A stretch of 56,330 nt of DNA from Prevotella sp. (GCA_031285625.1 JAITVV010000038.1:1-56330); one strand, 5' to 3'; positions 40,848 through 51,810 are shown, counted from the stretch's first letter. Made by a program: numbers and translations. Notes: generated by a model from the sequence alone, not told the origin.

Positions 40848-41564
40848 ATGAAGAAGAGTTTATTGCTATTGATAGTTACAATCTTATTTTCCAGCTGTTC
40901 AATATACGAAGAGATATACTTTAACGAAGATATGTCTGTAAAATATGAGATGAAGTTTGATGCCAGTGAGTTGTTAGGAATGGTATCGGCATCAAGCCTA
41001 TCCAGTTCATCATTTCCTACTGATTCTGTTTTATCATTTGCTGATATAATAGCTGAGCATAAAGATTCTCTCCATACACTATCAGCAGAAGAACAACTGA
41101 TATTAGAAGATTTTAAGTCCGTTACCCTCAAAATAAAGAGTGATACTATAGACAAGACATTCTTTATCACATTATTAGGTGATTTTAAAGATTCTGAAGC
41201 ATTAAATAGAGCTTTAAAAGTGATATCAGAACAAAAAGGTAAAGGTTCAGATGTAAAGACAGGAAGAAAAGTTGTTGACCAGTTCGACAATACATCAAAG
41301 TATTTTTGGGATGGTAAAAATATGAAAAGGGAAATTCAACCCAAAACATCAGTAAGATCAGAAGCCTCTAAGGATCAAAATATGATGGATATGCTATCGA
41401 CTGGAAAAATGATTGTAAAATATCATTTTCCGAAAAGAGTAACCAAAGTCAATAACCCTGATGCTTTATTTTCTCAAGACGGCAAAACTATAGTTATTGA
41501 ATATTCAACAAAAGACTTTATGGACTCAGCCGAAAAAATAAATATAGAAATTGAGACAGAATAA
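40848..41564 (+). CDS. Hypothetical lipoprotein
   Basis: Lipobox LFSSC; YHFPKRV..NPDA.FS.DGKT. Confidence 0.8.
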   Translation: MKKSLLLLIVTILFSSCSIYEEIYFNEDMSVKYEMKFDASELLGMVSASSLSSSSFPTDSVLSFADIIAEHKDSLHTLSAEEQLILEDFKSVTLKIKSDTIDKTFFITLLGDFKDSEALNRALKVISEQKGKGSDVKTGRKVVDQFDNTSKYFWDGKNMKREIQPKTSVRSEASKDQNMMDMLSTGKMIVKYHFPKRVTKVNNPDALFSQDGKTIVIEYSTKDFMDSAEKINIEIETE

Positions 41565-41668
41565 TCAGTCTGTTAAAATCATCATACTAGGAATACAAAT
41601 ATTTGATATTTTTAAGAGTTTTACTATTTTTGCCATCGAAAAGAACTTACAAATACACAATATCCACT

Positions 41669-43450
41669 ATGAATAGAATTTTACTCTTTTGCTTTTTATG
41701 CCTATTAATAGGTATATCATGTAAACAAAAAGAGCCTGCCAAATTAAGTGAATCAGGAAAGAAAGAAGTTATTCAATCTAAATTTGCAAAAACCTATCCG
41801 GATTACAGCCCTAAACATTTGAGAGAAGTTATACATGATATAATTCAAAAAGATTCGCTATTGCTTCCATTTTATACAGAAAATGAATATTTTCCGGTAT
41901 GGGCACATGATACTCTTGATACTCAAAGATTAAAAAGTTTAATTGCAATACTAAGTAAAAGTGAAGAGCACGGACTATCACCCGACTATTTTGCAACTTC
42001 CCAAATACTTTCTTTAACCGACTCAATCGACTCCGGATTATATAAAGATAACCTGGAAACCTTATACAAAAAAATGGCAGACCTGGAGTTGCTAACAACC
42101 AAAACTACTGTGAAATACGTTACAGGTATGAGTTATGGATTTACTAACCCAAAGAAACTATTCAAAAAAGATTATGATATCTCGGTCTTCGCACCTGATT
42201 CTACATTTTATATAGAATTATACAAAGGCTTGAGAGAGGACCCGTTAAAAATGGTAGAGAAATCCTATCCCGCCGATCCTGTATACCAAACACTTATTGA
42301 TGAATACCTTGATCTTGAGCAAAAAAAACAGGATGCGAAATTCAAAACTATAACAGGGACAGCCACCTACAAAGTGGGGGATAAAAACAAACATATATCG
42401 GATATAGCACGCAGACTAATGCTTACAGGAGAATACAAGCCTGAAGCAGACTCTATAAACAGTGATAGTTTACATCTGATATTGGATAAAGAACTATTAG
42501 CAGCCGTAAATACATTCAGAAGAAAGAACTCATATCCGGAAGAGGACGAAGTTGGTAAATTAACGATAGATGCCCTGAATAGACCATTAGATTACTATCA
42601 GACAAAGCTGAAAGCTAACATGGAACGCTATCGCTGGAGAAGATCAAAAACAAAACACGATAAGCATATTGAAGTAAATGTTGCATCTGCAACATTAGCT
42701 GCCAGCCAGAAAGATAGCCTACCTCTGATAATGAGAGTATGTGTAGGTTCCGTGGGTAATAAGACACCGTTATTACAAAGTGATATAAACTATCTGAACC
42801 TGAATCCGGTATGGAACGTTCCTACAAGTATTGCTCAAAAAGAAGTAGCCGTACTACAAAAGAAGGATCCGACATATATCAAACGTAATAATATGAAATT
42901 GTATAAGGGAGGAAAAGAAGTCGATCTATCCACTATAAACTGGAGTGAAGTAAACCCTTCAAAATTTTCTTATACTGTACGTCAAAGCCCCGGAGGAGGC
43001 AATTCGTTAGGACTTGTAAAATTCATGTTTAATAATGCTTTTTCTGTCTATTTGCATGACACCCCATCCAAATCGAGGTTTAACAGAAAAAACAGAGCTG
43101 TCAGTCATGGATGTGTCAGAGTACAAAAACCCTTCGATCTGGCATTCTTCTGCATGTCTGCAACTTCAGATAATATATACAAAGACAGATTATACTACAG
43201 TATTAATATGCCTCCTGTATCAGCCGAAGGAAAGAAACTGGCCAAAGAAAATAAATTGAAAAAATTACCGGACATTCTCAATCCTGAAGATAAGATATCA
43301 TTATTTATAGACTACTATACCGCTTATATGAATCCGAATGATGATGTATTATATTACGCAGACGACACCTACGGATACGATAATATAATTCTGGATGCTT
43401 TGAATCCAAATAAGCCAAAACAAGAATCTGTAAAACCTAAAAAGAATTAA
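41669..43450 (+). CDS. L,D-transpeptidase family lipoprotein (YcbB/LdtD-like)
   Basis: ANMERYRW, NPVWNVP, YLHDTP, SHGCVR. Start MNRILL with lipobox. Confidence 0.92.
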   Translation: MNRILLFCFLCLLIGISCKQKEPAKLSESGKKEVIQSKFAKTYPDYSPKHLREVIHDIIQKDSLLLPFYTENEYFPVWAHDTLDTQRLKSLIAILSKSEEHGLSPDYFATSQILSLTDSIDSGLYKDNLETLYKKMADLELLTTKTTVKYVTGMSYGFTNPKKLFKKDYDISVFAPDSTFYIELYKGLREDPLKMVEKSYPADPVYQTLIDEYLDLEQKKQDAKFKTITGTATYKVGDKNKHISDIARRLMLTGEYKPEADSINSDSLHLILDKELLAAVNTFRRKNSYPEEDEVGKLTIDALNRPLDYYQTKLKANMERYRWRRSKTKHDKHIEVNVASATLAASQKDSLPLIMRVCVGSVGNKTPLLQSDINYLNLNPVWNVPTSIAQKEVAVLQKKDPTYIKRNNMKLYKGGKEVDLSTINWSEVNPSKFSYTVRQSPGGGNSLGLVKFMFNNAFSVYLHDTPSKSRFNRKNRAVSHGCVRVQKPFDLAFFCMSATSDNIYKDRLYYSINMPPVSAEGKKLAKENKLKKLPDILNPEDKISLFIDYYTAYMNPNDDVLYYADDTYGYDNIILDALNPNKPKQESVKPKKN

Positions 43451-43455
43451 TAGAG

Positions 43456-43480
43456 AAACCTGTCCAACCGGACAGGTTTT
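43456..43480. terminator. Intrinsic terminator
   Basis: AAACCTGTCC-aacc-GGACAGGTTTT. Confidence 0.85.
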
Positions 43481-43509
43481 ATTTTATGATAAGAAAGAAT
43501 TGAATAGAG

Positions 43510-44799
43510 TTATTCGAATACCTGCAAAGCATCTGCTACAACAAAATTGCTTCCACCTATAAATATGAAGTCTGTAGATACTGCCCAATCTTTTGCGGCT
43601 TGCACAGCCTCCTTAACAGTCGGGTAAGAATAGCCCATCAGGCCTTTACTCATAGCTAATTCCTGTAATGTCCTTTCGTTCAGTGCCCGCGGTATAGATG
43701 CCTTAGTAAAATAGTATATTGCTTTTTTAGGTAAAAGTGCCAACACCGAAGAAATGTCCTTGTCATTAACCATCCCAAGAACAACATGAAGAGTAGTATA
43801 CCTTTCATTTATAAGCTGTTCGGCAATATACTTCATACCAGCCACATTATGCCCTGTATCACACACGATCTTAGGGTTATAATCCTGAAGAATCTGCCAG
43901 CGTCCCATTAAGCCGGTATATTCATTCACATAAGCGAAGCCGTTGTATACTGCCTTTGATGGAATAGTAAATCCCTGCTTCATTAACTCACGAACGGCAC
44001 ATAATACTGTAGCGGTATTCTTTACCTGAGCATATCCTGATAATTCACCCTTCAATTGCAGATAGTATTTTGTATCATACAACCAGCCACTTGCAGTTCT
44101 CAGGCTGGAATAAATCAATTTCTCATCTTCTGCAAAAACAATAGGAGCCCCTACCCTTTGGGCTGTTTCTTCAAATACCTGCCGTACACTACCTTCTGCC
44201 TCTCCTATTATAACCGGAATATCCTTCTTTATAATCCCCGCCTTCTCTCCGGCAATTTTCTCTAATGTATTGCCCAGAAATTGCATGTGGTCATAACTTA
44301 TATTAGTTATAATACTTAATACCGGACTTATAATATTTGTACTATCAAGCCTTCCACCTAATCCCACCTCGATAACAGCAATATCAACTTCAGCATCGGC
44401 AAAATACTGGAATGCCATCATCATTGTCAGTTCAAAAAAAGAAGGATGCAAAGGTTCGAAAAATCCCTGATGTTTCTCTACAAATTCGACAACATACTCT
44501 TGCGATATCTTTTCTCCATTCACCCGGATTCGTTCTCTAAAATCGACTAGATGAGGAGAAGTATATAATCCCACCTTATAGCCCGCCTGTTGCAGAATAG
44601 CAGCTAATAGATGAGATGTAGAACCTTTTCCGTTAGTACCTGCTACATGTATCGTTTTATATTTACTATGAGGGTGTTCAAAATACTGATCCAATGCCAG
44701 ACTATTATCAAGGCCTTCTTTATATGCGCTTCCCCCTACTTTTTGATAAACAGGCAATTGATTATATAGATATTCAACAGTTTCGTCGTATGTCATCAC
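43510..44799 (-). CDS. folC: Folylpolyglutamate synthase/dihydrofolate synthase
   Basis: HVAGTNGKGS, YTSPHL, EVGLGGRLDSTN. Confidence 0.97.
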   Translation of the reverse strand: MMTYDETVEYLYNQLPVYQKVGGSAYKEGLDNSLALDQYFEHPHSKYKTIHVAGTNGKGSTSHLLAAILQQAGYKVGLYTSPHLVDFRERIRVNGEKISQEYVVEFVEKHQGFFEPLHPSFFELTMMMAFQYFADAEVDIAVIEVGLGGRLDSTNIISPVLSIITNISYDHMQFLGNTLEKIAGEKAGIIKKDIPVIIGEAEGSVRQVFEETAQRVGAPIVFAEDEKLIYSSLRTASGWLYDTKYYLQLKGELSGYAQVKNTATVLCAVRELMKQGFTIPSKAVYNGFAYVNEYTGLMGRWQILQDYNPKIVCDTGHNVAGMKYIAEQLINERYTTLHVVLGMVNDKDISSVLALLPKKAIYYFTKASIPRALNERTLQELAMSKGLMGYSYPTVKEAVQAAKDWAVSTDFIFIGGSNFVVADALQVFE

Positions 44800-44926
44800 A
44801 ATATGTTCAATTTATTTACCGTTTTATGTATTAGCATAACTCGGGACTAGTTCCCATTCTGCCTTAAAAACGGTCTGTTCCTGAAAAGATAATAAATACC
44901 TTTTCTTTATATTACTCCCTCCATTA

Positions 44927-45622
44927 TCACTTCACACCTAACAGACTATTTAGTTGACTGAAAGCATCAACTTTGAAGAATCTGTCATTCTTTATATCTT
45001 CATTCGCCAATTCATGCTTCCACATTGTATGATATGGTATATAAGCGGCATTCATACCAACAGCTAATGCCGGATATATATCAGACTTAAGCGAATTGCC
45101 TACCATCAGTATATCTTTAGGTAAAACGCCTAAAGATAGAATAAGTTTTTTATATTCCTTTTCAGTTTTGTCTGCCATAATTTCAACATGGTCAAAATAA
45201 TCTGCCAGCCCAGATCGAATTAACTTCCTTTGCTGATCGAGTAAGTCTCCTTTTGTAGACACAACCAGTTTATAGTTCTTACTCAAAAGCCTTAATGTTT
45301 CATCAACTCCATCCAGTACTTTTATAGGCATATCTAACAGATACTTTCCTTTATCGATAATTTGCTCTATAACTTTTGCCGGAATTTTATAATCACTCAC
45401 TTTTAGAGCTGTTTCTATCATCGAAAGAGTGAATGCCTTTGCTCCATAACCATAACTCTCCATATTATTCATTTCTACATTGAATAATGCGGTTGAAATT
45501 TGAGACTCATCTCCATAGCGTGAAAGTATATCACACAATTCTTTTTCGATATTATCAAATAGAGGCTGGTTATCCCAAAGTGTATCATCAGCATCAAATG
45601 CTATTATCTCTATCTCTTTCAT
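44927..45622 (-). CDS. HAD family hydrolase
   Basis: FDADDTLW, TKGD, MVGNSLKSDI. Confidence 0.92.
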   Translation of the reverse strand: MKEIEIIAFDADDTLWDNQPLFDNIEKELCDILSRYGDESQISTALFNVEMNNMESYGYGAKAFTLSMIETALKVSDYKIPAKVIEQIIDKGKYLLDMPIKVLDGVDETLRLLSKNYKLVVSTKGDLLDQQRKLIRSGLADYFDHVEIMADKTEKEYKKLILSLGVLPKDILMVGNSLKSDIYPALAVGMNAAYIPYHTMWKHELANEDIKNDRFFKVDAFSQLNSLLGVK

Positions 45623-46422
45623 TCCTCTTTCCCCATTTTCTTTCTTCGTTCGTACACTTCCCCTGTATACCTGCCTAAGTATGGCAATACATCATCCAAT
45701 GTTGCAATACCTTCTTTCGTAAACTTTTCCTTACCAAAATAACCTTTCAGGCTACTAAGTAACTTTCCATCGCGATAAAATAACAAAAGAGTATTATCTA
45801 CTTTTGCTGTACCTTCCAGTTCAAGGACAAACTCCATTAACTTTTGAGAACAATATTCTGCATCTTTTTTAAGCTGATTCTCCGGTTTAGGATTCTTACG
45901 AACTTGCATCCTGAGATTGTTAGATTCTAATATTTCGTAATTATCAACAGGTAGATTTAAGAAAGGATGTCCTTCTTGCAATGGCTTACCAAACAGGCTT
46001 TCTTTATCTTTCTCAAACCAAAATCCTCTGGCTATAACTTCAACAAACTGGTCGTGAAAAGAGAATAAATAGTGACTAAAATCAGTCAGCATATCATTTA
46101 CATTTCCTCCAAACTCATAATGCTGACCATAGAACTTATTTTCGTAATCAAATCTCTCTTTCAGCCAAAGTGAGTCCTCTACCTTAAATATCCATGTTCC
46201 CTGTACATGCTTATCCCAGTCATATTCATAAGGCATCATTTCACCTCGGCAAACTTTTATAGCATCCAGATTTTCAAAAATTATGCGCCCATGCTGTTCG
46301 TCACTGGTAATAAAGTATATACCTGTATGTGGTTCATCAAGATAAGACTCTCCATAGTGCACCTGTGGACTCAATACACCATCAGCAATTATTGGAATTG
46401 GTATTCCTTTCAGTACTTCCAT
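45619..46422 (-). CDS. Hypothetical protein
   Basis: 267-aa ORF, translationally coupled in the operon; HYLFSFHDQFVE motif. Confidence 0.8.
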   Translation of the reverse strand: MEVLKGIPIPIIADGVLSPQVHYGESYLDEPHTGIYFITSDEQHGRIIFENLDAIKVCRGEMMPYEYDWDKHVQGTWIFKVEDSLWLKERFDYENKFYGQHYEFGGNVNDMLTDFSHYLFSFHDQFVEVIARGFWFEKDKESLFGKPLQEGHPFLNLPVDNYEILESNNLRMQVRKNPKPENQLKKDAEYCSQKLMEFVLELEGTAKVDNTLLLFYRDGKLLSSLKGYFGKEKFTKEGIATLDDVLPYLGRYTGEVYERRKKMGKEE

Positions 46423-46425
46423 AAA

Positions 46426-46812
46426 TCAATTTCCAGTATTATATAAACCGATATATTTCAACCCATTATAATTATCAAGATACGGTTCATTTATTATGAC
46501 CGAAGCATCGGTAATGTAAAAAACAGCGTTTGCTTTATTTATGTTTTTATTTTTACATTCATTGATAACTGATTCAATTTCATTGTCATCAAGAACTACT
46601 TCAGTTAATATTTCTTTTATATCGATCTCTTTTTCAAATAAGGGAATAATAGCCATAAAATCTTCGTCATATTCCTCTATTCCAATATCAAGGCAAAACG
46701 GACAAGTTCCATTGTCCTGATCAAAATATTTATAATAATCGTCTTCTGGCAGTAATGTATTTCCAATCCAGATATGTACCTTTTTCATTCTGTCTAAAGC
46801 ATGCATGTACAT
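46426..46812 (-). CDS. Immunity protein 22 (Imm22)-like
   Basis: VHIWIG..FCLDIGIEEYDEDF..NAVF..LKYIG. Confidence 0.75.
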   Translation of the reverse strand: MYMHALDRMKKVHIWIGNTLLPEDDYYKYFDQDNGTCPFCLDIGIEEYDEDFMAIIPLFEKEIDIKEILTEVVLDDNEIESVINECKNKNINKANAVFYITDASVIINEPYLDNYNGLKYIGLYNTGN

Positions 46813-46814
46813 AT

Positions 46815-47438
46815 TTACTTATATTTATTGAGGTTTTCCAGAAAGTGAGCAATATGTAGCCCATCCATTACAGCATGGTTGGCCGTTATAGACATCGGAA
46901 GCATTAATTGTCCCCCTTCTTCAAACAACTTACCAGTTGATATCTTAGGTATAGAAAATCGTCCTCCTAATTTAGCCGGATGTTTCAGATCTGTGAATTG
47001 TATCCATGGCATAGGAGAATAATGAATAACATTTATACTATCAGTTTGCTCAATGAGAGTTATGCCTGTCATTTTTTTTATATGCTCCATTACTTGAGAT
47101 GCTTTTTCGATAAAAAGATCTCTGTCATCATAATATTCCATAAAAGAGAAACCGAATGTACCATCTTCTCTGCCGACTGTAGACGCAGCATGAATAACAT
47201 CATAGCATACAACGTCATCTCCTTCTATTCTATATCTGAATTCTTCGGTCTCATTTACAGCTTGCATTATCCTGTGCAGCGAAGTTAAAAAAAATGATTT
47301 CCCTGATTCCTTTGTCTGCTTGTAAGTAGTTGTGAAGTCCACATTAACTGTTACACCAAAGAGAGGATCATCAAAATCTTTGAAAAAGTCAAAATGTTCC
47401 TTCCTATTCCATATATTTTTATCTATTGTTCTTTTCAT
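46815..47438 (-). CDS. CatA-like O-acetyltransferase
   Basis: WNRKEHFDFF, SPMPW, NHAVMDGLH. Confidence 0.88.
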   Translation of the reverse strand: MKRTIDKNIWNRKEHFDFFKDFDDPLFGVTVNVDFTTTYKQTKESGKSFFLTSLHRIMQAVNETEEFRYRIEGDDVVCYDVIHAASTVGREDGTFGFSFMEYYDDRDLFIEKASQVMEHIKKMTGITLIEQTDSINVIHYSPMPWIQFTDLKHPAKLGGRFSIPKISTGKLFEEGGQLMLPMSITANHAVMDGLHIAHFLENLNKYK

Positions 47439-47443
47439 TTCAT

Positions 47444-48808
47444 TTATCCGAATAGTTGTCTGAAAGCCTCTTCTACTTTCCTTACCTGAACTATTTCAAT
47501 ATTTACTTTTGATGTAAAACCCTTCAAATTATTCTGAGGAACAAGTATCTTTGAAAATCCCAGTTTTTCAGCTTCCAAAATTCGTTGTTCAATACGGTTT
47601 ACAGGCCTTATCTCTCCCGAAAGACCAACCTCACCTGTCATGCAAACATGTTTCTCTATAGAAATATCGAGACTTGATGATAGGACAGCACTAATAACAG
47701 ACAAATCCATTCCGGGATCATTTACTTTAAGTCCCCCTGCTATATTGAGGAATACATCTTTTTGTATCAGCTTAAAACCTGCACGCTTCTCCAGTACAGC
47801 CAGCAGCATATTCATCCGGCGAAGATCAAAGCCTGTAGCAGAACGCTGTGGCGTACCATAAGCTGCCGTACTTACAAGGGCCTGAGTTTCGATCAAAAAC
47901 GGACGGATTCCTTCTATTGCAGCAGCAATAGAAACTCCGCTAAGCCCCTCATGATTTTGGGTTAATAACAACTCAGATGGGTTACTGACCTCACGGAGGC
48001 CATTTTGCCGCATTTCGTAAATGCCAAGTTCTGCCGTACTGCCAAACCGGTTTTTTATACTGCGTAATATCCGGTACATATAATGCTGGTCTCCTTCAAA
48101 TTGGAGGACAGTATCTACAATGTGTTCCAAAACCTTCGGGCCGGCAATGCTTCCCTCTTTATTTATATGTCCTATCAGTACAACCGGAGTACTGGTTTCC
48201 TTAGCAAACTTAAGGATGGCTGCAGAACATTCACGTACCTGAGACACACTGCCTGGGGACGATTCTACCATATCTGTAAAAATTGTCTGGATAGAATCAA
48301 TTATAACAAAGTCCGGTTTCAAATTCTGAATATGAACAAATATCTGTTCAAGGTTCGTTTCACAAACAATAAAACAGTTCTCACTATTCGAATTAATCCT
48401 GTCGGCACGTAATTTCAATTGGCGTGCACTCTCCTCTCCAGACACATAAAGTGTTTTAATACTATTTAGTCCTAAGACAGTTTGTAAAATAAGAGTTGAT
48501 TTTCCAATGCCTGGCTCTCCTCCGATAAGTACTAATGATCCGGGAACAAGCCCCCCTCCCAGCACACGGTTCAACTCATCATCCTTCATGTCCATACGAG
48601 GTTCCTCCCCCGTTTCCACATCTTTCAGCAGTAAAGGCTTAGCCTTAGACACTTCAAAAAGGTGCTGACTATTTTTTGATGTATTGTCCTTGCTTATAAT
48701 TTCCTCAACATACGTATTCCACTCTCCACACACAGGACATTTTCCAAGCCATTTAGGCGAATCATTTCCGCAGTTGGTGCATACATATGCCGTTTTGGTT
48801 TTAGCCAT
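47444..48808 (-). CDS. radA: DNA repair protein RadA/Sms
   Basis: C4 zinc finger, GEPGIGKST, KNRFG. Confidence 0.98.
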   Translation of the reverse strand: MAKTKTAYVCTNCGNDSPKWLGKCPVCGEWNTYVEEIISKDNTSKNSQHLFEVSKAKPLLLKDVETGEEPRMDMKDDELNRVLGGGLVPGSLVLIGGEPGIGKSTLILQTVLGLNSIKTLYVSGEESARQLKLRADRINSNSENCFIVCETNLEQIFVHIQNLKPDFVIIDSIQTIFTDMVESSPGSVSQVRECSAAILKFAKETSTPVVLIGHINKEGSIAGPKVLEHIVDTVLQFEGDQHYMYRILRSIKNRFGSTAELGIYEMRQNGLREVSNPSELLLTQNHEGLSGVSIAAAIEGIRPFLIETQALVSTAAYGTPQRSATGFDLRRMNMLLAVLEKRAGFKLIQKDVFLNIAGGLKVNDPGMDLSVISAVLSSSLDISIEKHVCMTGEVGLSGEIRPVNRIEQRILEAEKLGFSKILVPQNNLKGFTSKVNIEIVQVRKVEEAFRQLFG

Positions 48809-48826
48809 TATTATGTTCTTAATCTC

Positions 48827-50431
48827 TTATTTTATTATTTTTACCGACTTTGTAGACCTTCCTGCCATCTCCACTGACAAGACATACACACCAGGTCTCC
48901 ATGCTGATACCGGAATTTGATGTTTCTGCAACTCATATTCGGCTGTATATGTATATATATTTCGCCCAAACAGGTCTGCTATCCGTATCTTCTTTATTAC
49001 ATCTTTTGTTGAAACATTCAACATTTCATTTTCAATATAAGCAATAATATCCGGTTGCTGAGTTGGATCAGGTGTATCATCATCGAGAGCGCTCAATCCT
49101 TTCAATCTCGTAGCTCCTGTATTATTGGAATCCAGATATTTCGACATATGCAAATCAGTATCAGGTGACTGATCAAAATGATACCAGAATTTACCATAAA
49201 AATCTAATAAGGTAGGTGTGGCGCAATCGCTGTCTCCACCCGTAAGGGTGCCCACAACCAATCCATTTTGATTAAATATAGGAGCACCGGAAGAACCACC
49301 CTCTGTAGCACCTAAAGAATATGTAGTTACCCAGTATGATCCGTCAGGATTGCCTTTATCCCATTTATCAGAGGTTAAGGGAGTATTGAAAAGGGTAATT
49401 TTCTTAACATCACCCAGTGGATGATGTATTATAGCACCACTTGTTATATTTTTACCTTCATTACCTCTATCCCAGCCGTTATAGTATACATCCCAGTCAT
49501 CAGGAATATTCTCGGATAGCTTTAATAAAGCTCCGTCAGAACCATCCTCTATCGGATTAAGCACAAGAGCTTGAGCACCTTTATGATATTTATATGTCGG
49601 TCTGTTCATCACCTCACAATCAGGTGTTTCATATTCAAAGAAAAATTCGGCCTGGGAAATCTCTTCCAGAGACATATTTTCGAAACAATGGTATGCTGTT
49701 AACACATATGGAGTCTTATCCTCATTTGTATTATTTATAAGTGTCCCTGAACAAAGATAGGTACTGTTCCATTTTTTCACTCTTAATTGTAGTACTCCCT
49801 TTTTTTGATTTTGCCAAAAACTCCCTTCAGGGCAATTGATATTTACCATACAAGAATTTGAAGCATTATCAAAACCACTTATCGGATTATTTTGCTCATC
49901 CAGGTATTTATAGCCTATGTCAGCTACATGAAGCCTTGGTTTCGCTACTCCCTCGGGAGCAACGTATTCCAATGTTACATTATCACCCTTCAGATTCTCG
50001 ATAGAATATGCTCCTCCATGAGGATTATCCTCATGCTTGTATACAACAGCATTTTTAAGGTTTTCCTTACTATATACATATAGAAGTGAACCTTCCGGAA
50101 GATAGAAATCGTCAAATCCTATCTTAAATCCCTTAGCTTCCGGAACTGTAAAAGTAAGCTTCCATACATTTTGTTTGGTAGGTAACACTGACCATACTCC
50201 AACAGTATCTGTCAATATATCTAAAGCATATAATTTTGCTTCGCGAAGAGGAAGCCCTCTTTTCTTATCCTGTATACTGGCTACAGTTAGTTTAGTTCTT
50301 TCTTTTTCAACAATGAGGGATAATTCAGATTTATCCTTATTAAAACTATATTGCTTATTTTGTGCTGTAAGTGAAATGCAGACTACAAATAAGGAAAGAA
50401 CTGCAAGGATCTTAAAAGAACTCAAATTCAT
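48827..50431 (-). CDS. Trypsin-like (lysyl endopeptidase-like) serine protease with probable T9SS C-terminal domain
   Basis: CSGTLINN, LTAYHC, DGALL, GGSSGAP; C-terminus PGVYVL...SVKIIK. Confidence 0.88.
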   Translation of the reverse strand: MNLSSFKILAVLSLFVVCISLTAQNKQYSFNKDKSELSLIVEKERTKLTVASIQDKKRGLPLREAKLYALDILTDTVGVWSVLPTKQNVWKLTFTVPEAKGFKIGFDDFYLPEGSLLYVYSKENLKNAVVYKHEDNPHGGAYSIENLKGDNVTLEYVAPEGVAKPRLHVADIGYKYLDEQNNPISGFDNASNSCMVNINCPEGSFWQNQKKGVLQLRVKKWNSTYLCSGTLINNTNEDKTPYVLTAYHCFENMSLEEISQAEFFFEYETPDCEVMNRPTYKYHKGAQALVLNPIEDGSDGALLKLSENIPDDWDVYYNGWDRGNEGKNITSGAIIHHPLGDVKKITLFNTPLTSDKWDKGNPDGSYWVTTYSLGATEGGSSGAPIFNQNGLVVGTLTGGDSDCATPTLLDFYGKFWYHFDQSPDTDLHMSKYLDSNNTGATRLKGLSALDDDTPDPTQQPDIIAYIENEMLNVSTKDVIKKIRIADLFGRNIYTYTAEYELQKHQIPVSAWRPGVYVLSVEMAGRSTKSVKIIK

Positions 50432-50949
50432 AATATTTTTATTAGGTTCCGGACATATTCATTTACATCCTCACGAGTTACCAGAATCTCTGTTTCAAAT
50501 ATAATTTTAGCTTTAGAATAAAAAGGCTCCCTTTTTGCCAGATTATCTACAACAAACTGATAAAGTTCCTCTTCATCTTTATCTCTTATCAGCGGACGCT
50601 TTTCTTTACAGGTGTTCAATCTGGACGAAAGAGCCTCGGGAGTAGCTTTCAGGTAAACTGTAGTGCCAGCCTGATTCATATACTCCAGATTATCAAAAAA
50701 ACAAGGAGTTCCTCCACCCGTAGATATAACAACATCTTCAAACTCGCCGACTTCCCTCAGCATATTTCGTTCTATATTCCGGAATTCAGATTCTCCGGTC
50801 TCTTCAAATATTTGTCCTACAGATTTTTGATAGCGAGCCTGTATAAAATGGTCCAGATCGATAAAATCCAGATCAAGTTCTTTAGCTAGTTCGCGGCCGG
50901 CAGTCGTCTTTCCGGCACCCATATATCCTATAAGGAATATTCTTTTCAT
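50428..50949 (-). CDS. aroK: Shikimate kinase
   Basis: GYMGAGKTT, DLD, STGGG, RPL. Confidence 0.96.
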   Translation of the reverse strand: MKRIFLIGYMGAGKTTAGRELAKELDLDFIDLDHFIQARYQKSVGQIFEETGESEFRNIERNMLREVGEFEDVVISTGGGTPCFFDNLEYMNQAGTTVYLKATPEALSSRLNTCKEKRPLIRDKDEEELYQFVVDNLAKREPFYSKAKIIFETEILVTREDVNEYVRNLIKIL

Positions 50950-51144
50950 TCTTGAAAATTAAGGTCTCAGACCTATTTATTATCCATTCAAGTATAACGC
51001 TAATTTAAAGTTATGACATTATAACATACCATTAACTTATTAATGTTTACTTATTAAATCATACAAAAATAAAAAATAAAAAGAGAAAGAAGGAGTTTTA
51101 GTAGTGATATTCATTCCTAAATTGCCCATCATAATTTTTAACCT

Positions 51145-51152
51145 TACCTTTG
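51145..51152 (+). promoter_or_regulatory. -7 promoter box
   Basis: TACCTTTG upstream of the HAD gene. Confidence 0.6.
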
Positions 51153-51171
51153 CAGCGAAAAACTTAATTAT

Positions 51172-51810
51172 ATGACTAATATTACAACTGTACTTTTTGA
51201 TTTTGATGGAGTGATTGCTGATACAGAACCTCAGTACGACATATATATGGATGCTATAGGTGAAAGATATAATCTTGGCATTAAAAACTTTGCATTACAA
51301 GTGAAAGGAACAACTTCTCCCGATATCATGAAAAAATACTTCAGCCACTTTTCGAAAGAAGAGCAAGACAACATTATGAATGAATTAGCAGAATTTGAAC
51401 TACAAATGGATTTTCCATTAGTAAAAGGTGCTATGAACTTCATTAATTATCTGAAGGAGAACAAATATAAGGTGGGACTGGTTACCAGTTCACAAGACTT
51501 TAAGATGAAGCGGGCTTTAGATATGCTCAACATGTCAGATACTTTTGATACTGAAGTTACTGCTGTACGTATTACGGAAGGAAAACCAAATCCGATGTGT
51601 TATCTACTTGCTGCCAAAGATCTGAATGTATCCCCATCTGAATGTGTCGTATTCGAAGATTCATTTCATGGAATACGTGCCGGAAAAGATGCAGGAATGC
51701 GTGTTGTTGGAGTATCTACAACAATACCTGCAGAACAATTAACAGACAAAGCAGATCATGTTATTCCTGATTTTTCCGATCTGCAGCAAGTTATTGAATA
51801 TATCAGATGA
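51172..51810 (+). CDS. HAD family phosphatase (beta-PGM-like)
   Basis: FDFDGVIADTE, GKPNP, VFEDS..GI.AG..AGM. Confidence 0.92.
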   Translation: MTNITTVLFDFDGVIADTEPQYDIYMDAIGERYNLGIKNFALQVKGTTSPDIMKKYFSHFSKEEQDNIMNELAEFELQMDFPLVKGAMNFINYLKENKYKVGLVTSSQDFKMKRALDMLNMSDTFDTEVTAVRITEGKPNPMCYLLAAKDLNVSPSECVVFEDSFHGIRAGKDAGMRVVGVSTTIPAEQLTDKADHVIPDFSDLQQVIEYIR

